This document shows positions 16,024 through 25,315 of a DNA stretch of 30,309 nucleotides, piece after piece (position 1 is the stretch's first letter; each line of letters begins with the position of its first letter). The translations under genes and the position numbers were made by a program. The DNA is from an uncultured Methanosarcinales archaeon. GTDB lineage: Archaea; Nanobdellota; Nanobdellia; Woesearchaeales; ARS49. The notes below the pieces were generated by a model, which had not been told where the DNA came from, did not search any database, and saw nothing but the letters and a program-made list of their open reading frames with translations. The stretch lies in contig CAZWVL010000010.1 in NCBI GenBank assembly GCA_964637115.1, forward strand, positions 1-30,309, given 5' to 3'.

Positions 16024-16531
16024 CGTAAATCACGAATATGACGAAAAAACCCTGAAAGAAGCCGCTAGTAGTTCCAAATTGTCTGGGAATTTGCAGCTTA
16101 TGTCATTTCTTTCAGCAGAGGCTTTCAATTCTTTCAAAAATTTGAAGTTCAAGCGCGTCTATATTCCTGGGAAATATTCATACAGTATTGCAAAGGCTCC
16201 TGAGTTGGGATTGCAGCCGGTTCTACAAAAACTTACTGGAAAGAAATTCAAGTTTTCCATTCTCAAATTCGAGCACGGCGATTATACAGTGCTTTATGAC
16301 GCATTGAGGCCGGCTAAAGGCTTTGTCGTTATGCTTGACTTGTTCGACTTTGACGAATCTTGGGGCGGTTATACCTCTTTTGTAAAAGATAACAAGGAAA
16401 TGGTTCGTGTTGTCGCAAAACAAAACGCTTTGATAATCATTAACCAGTCTGGCTTGAGGAGCTTTACTAAATATGTTAATCATCACGCTACTCATCCAAG
16501 GATTTTCTTATATGGTGTGCAACAGAAATAA
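16016..16531 (+). CDS. OGFOD1/Tpa1 C-terminal-like non-catalytic DSBH domain (Ofd1_CTDD-like)
   Basis: FEHGDYTVLYD, WGGYTSFV, NALIII, FTKYVNHH match the recalled OGFOD1/Tpa1 CTD pattern; no HxD; 8-nt overlap with the upstream gene. Confidence 0.75.
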   Translation: MADVNHEYDEKTLKEAASSSKLSGNLQLMSFLSAEAFNSFKNLKFKRVYIPGKYSYSIAKAPELGLQPVLQKLTGKKFKFSILKFEHGDYTVLYDALRPAKGFVVMLDLFDFDESWGGYTSFVKDNKEMVRVVAKQNALIIINQSGLRSFTKYVNHHATHPRIFLYGVQQK

Positions 16532-16560
16532 TTAAATAAGCTCTGCAAAGGCAGGAAGCT

Positions 16561-17130
16561 ATGCATTTAAGCCGGGACGTGTTAAAAAAATTGATTGCTG
16601 AGAATAATCTTATCTCTGATTTTGACAATCTTGATGGGCAAATGACTGCTAATGGTTTTGACGCCCGTCTGGCCGCAATTGTCGAGATTACTGATGGGGG
16701 CAGGCTTGCAGTCAACAAGGCGGACCATCTGCCTCCAAAGCTTGGCTCTGCAGTTGTTCTCAAGGGTTGTGAGGACCGTCTGCAAGGTTACGATCTTAAG
16801 GAAGTTCAAGTCGTCGATACAGGAGTGGTAAAGCTCGACCGTCTAAAGCCTTATTTTGTAATCACAATTGAAAAAGTCAACACGCCTAATAATTTGATGT
16901 TGCAGATTGCTCCGAGAACATCTTTATTCAGATTAACGCAATCGCTGCTCGGCTGCGGTTTGTCAGAAGCCGGCTATCAGGGCTTCTTGACATTTATGCT
17001 AATTCCTTTTCTTGATTGCGAAATAGAACTCGGCTCCAGATTCGCGCAATTATCTTTCAGCGAATTGAAGGGTGAAGCTCATTATGAGCAGCAGAAAGAA
17101 TCCAATTACCAGGGCGGCAAGTTATTTTAG
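16561..17130 (+). CDS. Trimeric dUTPase/dCTP deaminase superfamily protein (more dUTPase-like)
   Basis: NGFDARL, PRTSLFR, EAGYQGFLT, GSRFAQL, C-terminal YQG. Confidence 0.8.
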   Translation: MHLSRDVLKKLIAENNLISDFDNLDGQMTANGFDARLAAIVEITDGGRLAVNKADHLPPKLGSAVVLKGCEDRLQGYDLKEVQVVDTGVVKLDRLKPYFVITIEKVNTPNNLMLQIAPRTSLFRLTQSLLGCGLSEAGYQGFLTFMLIPFLDCEIELGSRFAQLSFSELKGEAHYEQQKESNYQGGKLF

Positions 17131-17918
17131 CCATATATTCTCTGAAAATTCAGCCATATGTTGTTCGCCACTTCTTCTGGAGTGAAGTTTTTTATCTGCG
17201 CAATTTTATCAACCACTGCTTTGACATTTGCAGGTTCATTTGGGAAACTGCCGTCGGGTGACAAATATGGTCCGTCCGTTTCTGTTGTTATCTGGTTTAT
17301 TGGCGCCATTTCCGCTAATACTTGGAAATGCTGGCTTTTCACGATATTGGTCGGTATTGAAAAAATAAATCCTGCATCTGCTGCTTTTTTTATCAAACTT
17401 TTTCTTCCTTCAAAGCAGTGTAATACGACATTTTTCAGTTTGCTGCTCGTTAACATGTCTATGCAGTCTTGTTCTGCTTTTCTTGTGTGCACAATCATTG
17501 GTTTTTTCAATTTCTCAACAAATTCTATGATGCGTGCAAAATTCTCTCTTTCTTTTTTCTGTAATTCCACATCCTTAACCCAATGGTAGTCCAGACCTAC
17601 CTCTCCAACGGCTGCAATTTTGTCTTTATTCTCCTTGATGAACGCAAACTCTGCATCTAAATCAATCGGTCCTTTATGTACCGCTAATCCGCCCTCAACG
17701 TCCTGTCCAATGCCAAGCGCATCAACCGGATAAATTCCCAAGCTTGCTCGCACCATTGGGTACTTCTTTGCTATTTCCAGTGCTTCTTTATTCGTTGGCG
17801 GATTTACTCCGGAACAGATTATTGCCTTGACCCCTGCTTTCTTTGCTCTGTCTATGACTGCATCTAAATCAGAATATGCTTTGTGCATTAGATGGCAGTG
17901 GTCGTCTACTAATATCAT
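17127..17918 (-). CDS. tatD: TatD family deoxyribonuclease
   Basis: DDHCHL, GEVGLDY, IVHTR, LHCF, TETDGPYL, PNEPAN. Confidence 0.95.
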   Translation of the reverse strand: MILVDDHCHLMHKAYSDLDAVIDRAKKAGVKAIICSGVNPPTNKEALEIAKKYPMVRASLGIYPVDALGIGQDVEGGLAVHKGPIDLDAEFAFIKENKDKIAAVGEVGLDYHWVKDVELQKKERENFARIIEFVEKLKKPMIVHTRKAEQDCIDMLTSSKLKNVVLHCFEGRKSLIKKAADAGFIFSIPTNIVKSQHFQVLAEMAPINQITTETDGPYLSPDGSFPNEPANVKAVVDKIAQIKNFTPEEVANNIWLNFQRIYG

Positions 17919-18748
17919 ATATGCTTCGCAAAGAACTCTTTCACTCGTGCTTTATATTCTTTAGGGTTAATAACATAACTCATTCCGTGGTCCGCCCCCG
18001 GAATAATCCATAGTTCTGCCAGGTTTTTGTTCGTTGTATAGATTTTCTGCGAATTCTTGACAGATATCTGGCTGTCAGAACCTCCGTGTATCAATAGTGT
18101 TGGCACAGTGACGCGTGCAACATATTTGTCTGGACTGATGCCCAGGAATATTCTGCCGTATAATTCTGTCATCCAGACAAATGGGTATTTTAATGGCCCC
18201 AGATACCAATATAGTTCTGATATGATGTCGTGTATGCTTGCATACGGGCTGTCTGCAACAATTGCTTTTACGTTAGAATTATTTGCCATTATGAACGTGG
18301 CTGCACTCAACGAAAATCCGTATGCTCCGAAGGTGTGGTTGATGTCTTTGCGTGACTTCAAATACTTTAATGCAGCATTGAAATCTTCAATCTCTCGCGC
18401 TCCTGCTGTTGTCAAGTTTCCTTCGCTTTCTCCGAATGATCTGAAGTCAAACAGGAATAGCGTGTAGTCTGGATGCAAAAACTTGACAACTGGAAGTATG
18501 TTGCCTTTGTCAAATGGATATCCGTGTCCGGCAATTATTGTCGGCGAGTTCTTCTTGCCTGGTATCAGCCAGCCCGCCAAAGTTAACCCATCTTTTGTCT
18601 TGAAGCGTATTTTCTCAAATTCCAGTCCTTGGTCTGCTGGTGTTTCCTTGCTTCTGTATTTTGGCGGGTGTGTGTTAAGCCAGAAGTTCAAAAGTGAAAA
18701 TAATGCTATGATAAAAACTGCATATCCTATTATTTTTATCAGGTTCAT
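17915..18748 (-). CDS. Membrane-anchored alpha/beta hydrolase
   Basis: N-terminal TM; HGY; FDFRSFGES; nucleophile elbow GFSLS; PTLLIHGGSD; GADHG. Confidence 0.88.
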   Translation of the reverse strand: MNLIKIIGYAVFIIALFSLLNFWLNTHPPKYRSKETPADQGLEFEKIRFKTKDGLTLAGWLIPGKKNSPTIIAGHGYPFDKGNILPVVKFLHPDYTLFLFDFRSFGESEGNLTTAGAREIEDFNAALKYLKSRKDINHTFGAYGFSLSAATFIMANNSNVKAIVADSPYASIHDIISELYWYLGPLKYPFVWMTELYGRIFLGISPDKYVARVTVPTLLIHGGSDSQISVKNSQKIYTTNKNLAELWIIPGADHGMSYVINPKEYKARVKEFFAKHI

Positions 18749-19713
18749 GTGATTTTGTAAATTTCAATGGCGAGGAACACTGCATACAATGCCAAAAATG
18801 CAATGCCGTGTTTCCAGGTTAATTGTTTTTTGTTCATCCAGAACATGACGAGAGTTATTCCTGCTGCCAAAAATATCATGGCGTTCATTCCTTCTGATAA
18901 ATCAAATTTTGAAGGAACAATAAGTGCTACAATTCCGAAGAACAGTAATAGTTCTATCATCAGTGATCCGAGCAAATCTCCCAGTCCTATGTTCGCGTGC
19001 GCTTTGAATAATGATTTTATTTCAACGGCAAAATCAGGTATTGTTGTGCCAATTCCAATAATGGTTAATGCTATGAAGTACGCGGGCACGTTGAAGTATG
19101 ATGCTATTTGGATGCTGCTGAACACGAGCCATCTGCCTGCTAATATCAGCGCGGCAAGTGCAAGCATGAAAATGACTGCATCTCTCCAGATGTTTTTGAA
19201 TTCAACATTGTGTTTAATCTGTCCTTTTTTCCCTTCCATTTTCCACAGCATGGTTAGGTAGGTGGCAAACGCGGTTATCATGATTATGCCGTCTATTCTG
19301 CTGTATCCGCTGCCGTGTATTGCGAGGATAAATGGCAGCATCAGCAAGCTCCACATAAACAGTCTTTTTTTGGTGAAAATGCTTGGCTCAAGCTTGATTT
19401 TTTTGCCTATCAGGCATAGCAGTCCTAGTGCAAAGCCTATGTGCACCATATTACTGCCTAGTATTGTGCCAAACCCTACTCCTTGTTGTCCTGTTAAGAA
19501 TCCTGTGAGTGAACTAACAATCTCTGGCGCGCTTGCAGCCATTGCTACAACAACTAATCCAATGATCGCATCGCTTAATCCCAGTCTGCGTGCGTAGTGT
19601 GAAATGCCGTATACGATAAGGTCTGCGCTCTTGAACAAGATGTAGAAGCTTGCCAATAGTATTATGCTGTTGAAAATCAGCGGGTGTGCTAGTTCTGCTG
19701 GGATGAATGCCAT
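18745..19713 (-). CDS. Calcium/sodium (CaCA, YrbG-like) cation antiporter; likely start 19713
   Basis: Alpha repeats AMAASAPE..GTILGSN and GIGTTIPD..GDLLGS; about 10 TM helices. Confidence 0.9.
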   Translation of the reverse strand: MAFIPAELAHPLIFNSIILLASFYILFKSADLIVYGISHYARRLGLSDAIIGLVVVAMAASAPEIVSSLTGFLTGQQGVGFGTILGSNMVHIGFALGLLCLIGKKIKLEPSIFTKKRLFMWSLLMLPFILAIHGSGYSRIDGIIMITAFATYLTMLWKMEGKKGQIKHNVEFKNIWRDAVIFMLALAALILAGRWLVFSSIQIASYFNVPAYFIALTIIGIGTTIPDFAVEIKSLFKAHANIGLGDLLGSLMIELLLFFGIVALIVPSKFDLSEGMNAMIFLAAGITLVMFWMNKKQLTWKHGIAFLALYAVFLAIEIYKIT

Positions 19714-19714
19714 T

Positions 19715-20461
19715 TTAAGTGGGTGCTGGTGGAGGTGGTGTTGATAAGAATTCGCAGGTTTGTTTGATGCCAGCATCTGTAATCAGTTCGCAGACGCTTG
19801 CATCCGAAGAAGTCATGCCGTATGCAGCATAGCAGTCATCTTTTGATGCTGCCGTGTTGCAGATTTCTTTGTTTTTCTGTTGTCCTGCTATCATTCCTAT
19901 GCATCCAGACTTTTGTTGGTAGTCTCCAATATTATTGCATATTTCAAGATTGTTTCTTTTGCTCGCAACATTGGTGTAGCACAAGTCTTTGCCTTGCGTA
20001 TCTGTTACTTTGTTGCACAGTGTTTCATCTTTCCTTGCGACTGCAAGGTCTGCATTATAGCTGCTAATGCACTTTTCTTCTGAGTCAGAGCATCCTTCGC
20101 TTGTTATGCCTTCTGCAGATACTGAATAGCACCATTGTCCTGGCGTTCTCTCAACACATGCCGATGGTTCTTTTATGGGTGTTTGGCTTGTAGGCGATTC
20201 CTGCACTTGTCTTGTGTCCAGCAGCAGGAAAATAAGCGTGCCTAAAAGAAGGATGATTATGACTGTTAGTATGAGCATCAAGAAAATCCAATATCCTGAT
20301 TTTACTGATTGCACAGGCGGTTGGTTGTATTGGACATTCGCAAACGCTTCTTGTATTGTTTCTTCAGAATACCCTGCCTGCAGTAATGCCTGCTTTACTT
20401 GTTCTGGCCTGAATCCTTTGGCCACAACAGTTTGTATGTAATCTACCAGCTCTTTTTGCAT
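19715..20461 (-). CDS. Bitopic membrane protein with extracellular Cys-rich repeats
   Basis: N-terminal helical domain (YIQTVVAKGFRPEQVKQALLQAGYS), single TM, repeated CxxIx6-7C units, Pro-rich end. Confidence 0.8.
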   Translation of the reverse strand: MQKELVDYIQTVVAKGFRPEQVKQALLQAGYSEETIQEAFANVQYNQPPVQSVKSGYWIFLMLILTVIIILLLGTLIFLLLDTRQVQESPTSQTPIKEPSACVERTPGQWCYSVSAEGITSEGCSDSEEKCISSYNADLAVARKDETLCNKVTDTQGKDLCYTNVASKRNNLEICNNIGDYQQKSGCIGMIAGQQKNKEICNTAASKDDCYAAYGMTSSDASVCELITDAGIKQTCEFLSTPPPPAPT

Positions 20462-20561
20462 TGGTTCTTTCAAGCAGAATTTGGTTTATAAAGGTTTGGC
20501 ACGATTACTCGTATTAACCCGATTCGTAAACCTTATATATTGGCAGTCTTCCCATCGCTTC

Positions 20562-20969
20562 ATGCCAGTAGTAGGATTATCGTTAAACAAGATTGTTGTT
20601 GAGAAGTTCGGTCCAGTTAAAGGCAAGGTTTCTGTAAACAATAATGTTGTATTGAAGGACATTGAAAAGACTGATTTGTCAATTGGTGCGAGCAAACAGG
20701 GCGCTTTAAAGTTCCATTTTGAATTCACTGCAAATTACGAGCCAAAGCTGGCTAACATTACGATTCTTGGCTTTTTGACTTTCTTTGAAAAGCCTGAGCA
20801 GGTTAAGGTTATTGCTGATGGCTGGAAGAAGGACAAGAAGATTCCAAAAGATGTCATGTCCAGTGTCTTGAACACTGTTTTGTCAAGGTGCAATGTTGAG
20901 GCAATAATTTTGGCCCGCGAAGTTAACCTTCCTCCTCCAATTCCGTTACCTAAAGTGACTGTTAAGTGA
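20562..20969 (+). CDS. Conserved archaeal hypothetical protein, possible SecB-like fold; likely start 20562
   Basis: TATA TTATATAT 20533-20540; beta-beta-beta-alpha pattern ending EVNLPPPIPLPKV. Confidence 0.65.
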   Translation: MPVVGLSLNKIVVEKFGPVKGKVSVNNNVVLKDIEKTDLSIGASKQGALKFHFEFTANYEPKLANITILGFLTFFEKPEQVKVIADGWKKDKKIPKDVMSSVLNTVLSRCNVEAIILAREVNLPPPIPLPKVTVK

Positions 20970-20978
20970 CCGCGGGGT

Positions 20979-21010
20979 TCGAGAAGGGGGCGGCGGTTGA
21001 GCCCCCTCGA
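20979..21010. other. GC-rich stem-loop after the stop of the 20562 gene (terminator-like, RNA-stability element or repeat)
   Basis: TCGA[GAA]GGGGGC-GGCGGTTGA-GCCCCC TCGA. Confidence 0.5.
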
Positions 21011-21115
21011 TATGTTTGCAAAGTCTAATGTTTTTAGTGGAGTTTCTTCACTCTTTAGGAAAAACTATATATACAGCAACTGTTCTTATAATCGCATTAA
21101 AAACGTGGGTAGGGC

Positions 21116-23368
21116 ATGCCAGCTGACATAAAACTAAAAGTTGCAGAAGCTATTCAGGACGACGTCAATAAGGGCATCGTTCGTGTAGATAGCAGTTTCA
21201 TGCGTGAGATAGATGTCAGGCCTGGCGACATCGTGGAAATAGAGGGCACAAGGAAAACAGTTGCCATTGTTGACCGTGCTTACCCTGGCGACATCGGTCT
21301 TAACATTGTTCGTATGGATGGTTTGGCGAGAAAGAACGCCCGTACTTCTATTGGTGAACTCATTACAGTTAGAAAGGCCAAGGTTGAGCCTGCTAAAAAA
21401 GTTATTATTGCTCCGGCAAGGGAAGGCATTGTTGTCCGTGCTTCTCCTCTTTTGTTCAAGCAGAATCTTCTTGGCCGCGCGATGACAAAAGGCGACATTA
21501 TTGCATTGGGCGGTCCAAGAAAGCGCAGGAACTTTGATGATGTTTTCAATTTGCTTGAGGATCAAATGATGGCTGTTGGTTTTGGCGATTTGAAGTTTAT
21601 TGTTGCCGAGACTAATCCAAAGCTGCCTGTTATTGTTACCGAGCAGACTGAAGTTGTTTTGAATCCTGAAGCGATTAATGTTAACGAGGACGCTTTGCCT
21701 GGCGTTACTTATGAGGATATTGGCGGCTTGCAGTCAGAAATCACCAAGATCAGGGAAATGATTGAGCTTCCTTTGAAGCATCCGGAAATTTTCGAGCGTC
21801 TAGGAGTTGAGCCTCCAAAAGGAGTTTTGTTGCACGGTCCTCCGGGCACTGGAAAAACTCTGTTGGCAAAAGCTGTTGCTAACGAAACAAACGCGCACTT
21901 TATCTTAATTAACGGTCCCGAGATTATGTCCAAGTATTATGGTCAGTCTGAAGAGAATCTCAGAAAGAAATTTGAGGAAGCCGAAAAGAACGCTCCTGCT
22001 ATTATTTTTGTTGACGAAATTGATGCTATTGCGACAAAGCGTGAAGAGACTAAAGGAGAGGTCGAAAGGCGTGTTGTTGCGCAGCTGCTCGCACTTCTGG
22101 ACGGTCTGAAATCGCGTGGCAAAGTCGTTGTCATTGCCGCTACAAACGTTCCAAACATTCTTGACCCCGCTTTGCGGCGTCCTGGACGTTTTGACAGAGA
22201 GCTTGAAATCGGAGTTCCTAACAAGGAAGGTCGTCTTAACATTCTCAAGATTCACACGCGTAATATGCCGTTGTTAAAAGATGTCAACTTGAAGGAGCTT
22301 GCAGCTGTTACGCACGGTTTTGTCGGCGCAGACCTTTCTGCTTTGGCAAAAGAAGCAGCTATGATTGTGCTTAGAAGAGTTCTTCCAGACTTGAAGTATG
22401 ACAAGGAAGAACCATTGTCAAAAGAGATTCTCGAAAAATTATTCGTTTCAAAGAAGGACTTCAGAGATTCTTTGAAAGTTGTCAGGCCTTCCGCACTCCG
22501 TGAAGTGCTTGTTGAAGTGCCGAATGTCAAGTGGACTGACATTGGTGGATTGGAAATGCCAAAACAGGAGTTAAAAGAGGCTGTCGAGTGGCCGTTGCAG
22601 TATCCTGATTCGTTCAAGCGTCTTGGCGTTAAGCCTCCAAAGGGAATTTTGTTGTATGGTCCTCCTGGAACCGGCAAGACCATGCTCGCTAAGGCTGTTG
22701 CAACGGAGAGCCAGGCCAACTTTATCTCAATTAAGGGTCCTGAACTTCTGAGCAAGTGGGTTGGCGAGTCAGAAAAGGCAGTGAGGGAAGTTTTCAAGAA
22801 GGCAAGGCAGACTGCTCCGACCATTATTTTCTTTGACGAGATTGATTCTCTTGCGCCAAGAAGAGGGATAAGCAGTGATTCTAACGTGACTGAGCGTGTT
22901 GTTAATCAATTGCTTACAGAAATTGACGGTCTTGAAGGAATGCATGACATCGTTATTGTTGGCGCGACGAACAGGCCCGACATGCTTGATACTGCCTTGC
23001 TCAGGCCTGGCAGATTTGACCGCATTATTTTGTTGCCATCTCCTGACTATGCTGCGCGTTTGGATATTTTCAAAGTTCATACAAAAAACATGCCTTTGAA
23101 GGATGTCGATATTGAAGAGCTTGCCCGCAGGACTGAAGGTTACGTTGGGGCTGATATTGAAGCTATTTGCAGGGAAGCTGCCATTCTTGCACTGCGCGAG
23201 AACATCAATGCAAAGGAAGTCCCGATGGAGAATTTCGAGGAAGCTATGAAGAAAGTGCACGCTTCTGTTACAAAAGATGTCGAGAAGATGTACGAGGACT
23301 TGAAAGAACGCTTCCGAGGCGCTCGTGCCAAGGAAATGAAGGAAGAATTGCCGATTTACTTTGGATAG
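21116..23368 (+). CDS. cdc48: CDC48/VCP (VAT) AAA+ ATPase
   Basis: N domain; D1 [23 protein letters not shown]; D2 [22 protein letters not shown]. Confidence 0.97.
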   Translation: MPADIKLKVAEAIQDDVNKGIVRVDSSFMREIDVRPGDIVEIEGTRKTVAIVDRAYPGDIGLNIVRMDGLARKNARTSIGELITVRKAKVEPAKKVIIAPAREGIVVRASPLLFKQNLLGRAMTKGDIIALGGPRKRRNFDDVFNLLEDQMMAVGFGDLKFIVAETNPKLPVIVTEQTEVVLNPEAINVNEDALPGVTYEDIGGLQSEITKIREMIELPLKHPEIFERLGVEPPKGVLLHGPPGTGKTLLAKAVANETNAHFILINGPEIMSKYYGQSEENLRKKFEEAEKNAPAIIFVDEIDAIATKREETKGEVERRVVAQLLALLDGLKSRGKVVVIAATNVPNILDPALRRPGRFDRELEIGVPNKEGRLNILKIHTRNMPLLKDVNLKELAAVTHGFVGADLSALAKEAAMIVLRRVLPDLKYDKEEPLSKEILEKLFVSKKDFRDSLKVVRPSALREVLVEVPNVKWTDIGGLEMPKQELKEAVEWPLQYPDSFKRLGVKPPKGILLYGPPGTGKTMLAKAVATESQANFISIKGPELLSKWVGESEKAVREVFKKARQTAPTIIFFDEIDSLAPRRGISSDSNVTERVVNQLLTEIDGLEGMHDIVIVGATNRPDMLDTALLRPGRFDRIILLPSPDYAARLDIFKVHTKNMPLKDVDIEELARRTEGYVGADIEAICREAAILALRENINAKEVPMENFEEAMKKVHASVTKDVEKMYEDLKERFRGARAKEMKEELPIYFG

Positions 23369-23380
23369 GAGAGTAGAAAA

Positions 23381-23743
23381 ATGAAATGTGAAATAGTTGT
23401 TGGCGGAAATATCACTGATCTTTTAGCGGCGCATGGAAAAGTTGCAGAAGCTACTAATGCTGTTCTTGATTCCCCTGAAATGCTTATGTGGTTTGAGGAC
23501 GCACAATTGCCGCCCCTTAAAGACGATTGTCGTATTCATAACTTCATAGGATCCGGATTTAATTATCAGGCTGGTGGAAAAGAAAATCAATTAGACGTTA
23601 AAACTGCACCTCGTGGTAAAAAATATGCACTGGTCATTTATGGTGCTGGTCGCTGTGAATCTATTGCAAGGTTTGTTGCCGATGAAGTGTCAAAAGATCT
23701 TCCCAAACGTGTTGAAGGGCAAGTAACCTATCGCAGTCAATAA
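23381..23743 (+). CDS. Hypothetical protein
   Basis: 120 aa ORF with GGAG SD-like motif upstream; alpha/beta pattern. Confidence 0.6.
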   Translation: MKCEIVVGGNITDLLAAHGKVAEATNAVLDSPEMLMWFEDAQLPPLKDDCRIHNFIGSGFNYQAGGKENQLDVKTAPRGKKYALVIYGAGRCESIARFVADEVSKDLPKRVEGQVTYRSQ

Positions 23744-23790
23744 TTAACAAAAGTCAATCTTTTTATAGTATTCATCTACTCCCACTCATA

Positions 23791-25302
23791 ATGGTCTCAC
23801 ATTTGATTGCTGATTTGCAGAGATTTGACGAAGCTCTTTCACGTGAGCATTATTTGAACAGTTCTGGCCAGAAGGACGAGCTGGAAAGCAGTAAAATTTA
23901 CAAGCAGTTCAAGCATTTGTTCTCAAAAGTGCACATTGAAGAGGCAAAAAAGAGCCTTTCTGATAAAAAAGGCCGTTTGCTTTATGACGCTTTTGTTGGC
24001 AATTTTATAGGCAACCAGTTGAAAAAGATTAGTGACAAATCAAATTCTTACGAGGCTGCTGCTACTATTGAAGTCAGCGGTCAGCAGATTCCGTTCAGGC
24101 AAGTGTCTTCTTTAGTCATGAACGAGGACATTAGGGAAAAAAGAAAAATGATTTTTGAGGCAACAAAACCTGTCAAGAAAAAGCTGACTTCTTTTGAAAA
24201 GCGTTCGTGGAAAAAGGTTTACTCGCTTATTCAGGAACTGTCAGGCAGATCATATGTTGATTATCTCTCATTCATCAAGGAAGTTGAGTACGATAAAATT
24301 GCAGAACAACTGCGAGAATTTCTTGTCAAGACTGAAGATTTGCATAAATCTCATATTGAGAAGAACATGGCTTCTATCGGCGTAAGAGCTAAGGACGCGC
24401 AGCCGTACGATTATGCTTACTTCGCTCGTGCAAAGCCGTTTGATGCTTTCTTCAAGAAGGAAAAACTGGTTGAAACTGCCAAGTCATTCTGGAATAGTTT
24501 CGGTTTTGACATCAATCATCAAAAGAACGTCATTGTTGATGTTGAAGAGCGACCGAAGAAGGTTCCAAGAGCCTTTTGCATGCCTGTCAGAGTGCCTGAA
24601 GAAGTTATTCTTGTTATCAAGCCGCAGGGTGGCCAGGATGATTATCAAGCTTTCTTCCACGAGTCTGGTCATACAGAACATTTTGCCAACACTGATGCAA
24701 ATCTTTCGTACGAATTCAAGCATTTGGGCGACCATAGCGTGTCAGAGTCATACGCGTTCCTTATAGAGTATTTGCTCGCAAATAAATTATTCCTGCAGAA
24801 GCATCTTGGAATGTCAGAGAGTGATACCCACAACTTCTCTCATTTCATTATGGAACAAAAACTGCAGGCTTTCAGAAGATATGCTGCAAAAGTTATCTAT
24901 GAACTTAAATTACACAGAAATGACTTGACAAAACTTGATGATAAGTTCATGCCAACTGCTGGTTCTTACACATCTTCTGCTAAAATGTATGTTGACTTGC
25001 TCTCAAAAGCTACAAAAATCAATTACAAGCCGGAAAGTTTCCTGCTTGATGTCGACTCAGGTCTTTACGCTGCTGATTATTGTCGCGCTTGGATGTTTGA
25101 AGTGATGATTCGCAGGAAATTGGAGGAAAAGTTCGGCAAAACCTGGTTTGAGAACAAAGAAGCAGCTTCTTTCATGAAAGAGATGTGGAAGTGGGGCAGT
25201 TCCGGCAAGAGCGTTAATGAGCTTGCCGGAATGATCGGCTACGAGAAGGTTGATATTTCTTATATTACTGAAGATTTTCTTAAGTTTTTTAAGCAGGAGT
25301 AG
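23791..25302 (+). CDS. Zinc metallopeptidase, M3/oligoendopeptidase-F-like gluzincin
   Basis: KVPRAFC, FHESGHTEH (HExxH), downstream SESYAFLIE; TATA TTTTTATA 23760-23767. Confidence 0.75.
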   Translation: MVSHLIADLQRFDEALSREHYLNSSGQKDELESSKIYKQFKHLFSKVHIEEAKKSLSDKKGRLLYDAFVGNFIGNQLKKISDKSNSYEAAATIEVSGQQIPFRQVSSLVMNEDIREKRKMIFEATKPVKKKLTSFEKRSWKKVYSLIQELSGRSYVDYLSFIKEVEYDKIAEQLREFLVKTEDLHKSHIEKNMASIGVRAKDAQPYDYAYFARAKPFDAFFKKEKLVETAKSFWNSFGFDINHQKNVIVDVEERPKKVPRAFCMPVRVPEEVILVIKPQGGQDDYQAFFHESGHTEHFANTDANLSYEFKHLGDHSVSESYAFLIEYLLANKLFLQKHLGMSESDTHNFSHFIMEQKLQAFRRYAAKVIYELKLHRNDLTKLDDKFMPTAGSYTSSAKMYVDLLSKATKINYKPESFLLDVDSGLYAADYCRAWMFEVMIRRKLEEKFGKTWFENKEAASFMKEMWKWGSSGKSVNELAGMIGYEKVDISYITEDFLKFFKQE

Positions 25303-25315
25303 TGTTGTCCTCATC

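Noticed and set aside
15439-16531. Treating the oxygenase pair as a pseudogene of one fused protein
   Set aside because: The break falls at the domain boundary, gene 2 has its own coupled ATG, and the catalytic residues are intact. Read-level confirmation is still needed.
20967-21131. Selenocysteine readthrough of the 20562 gene
   Set aside because: The hairpin lacks the opposing A of the archaeal SECIS loop, the extension overlaps the cdc48 promoter and start, and no Sec machinery is visible in the window.
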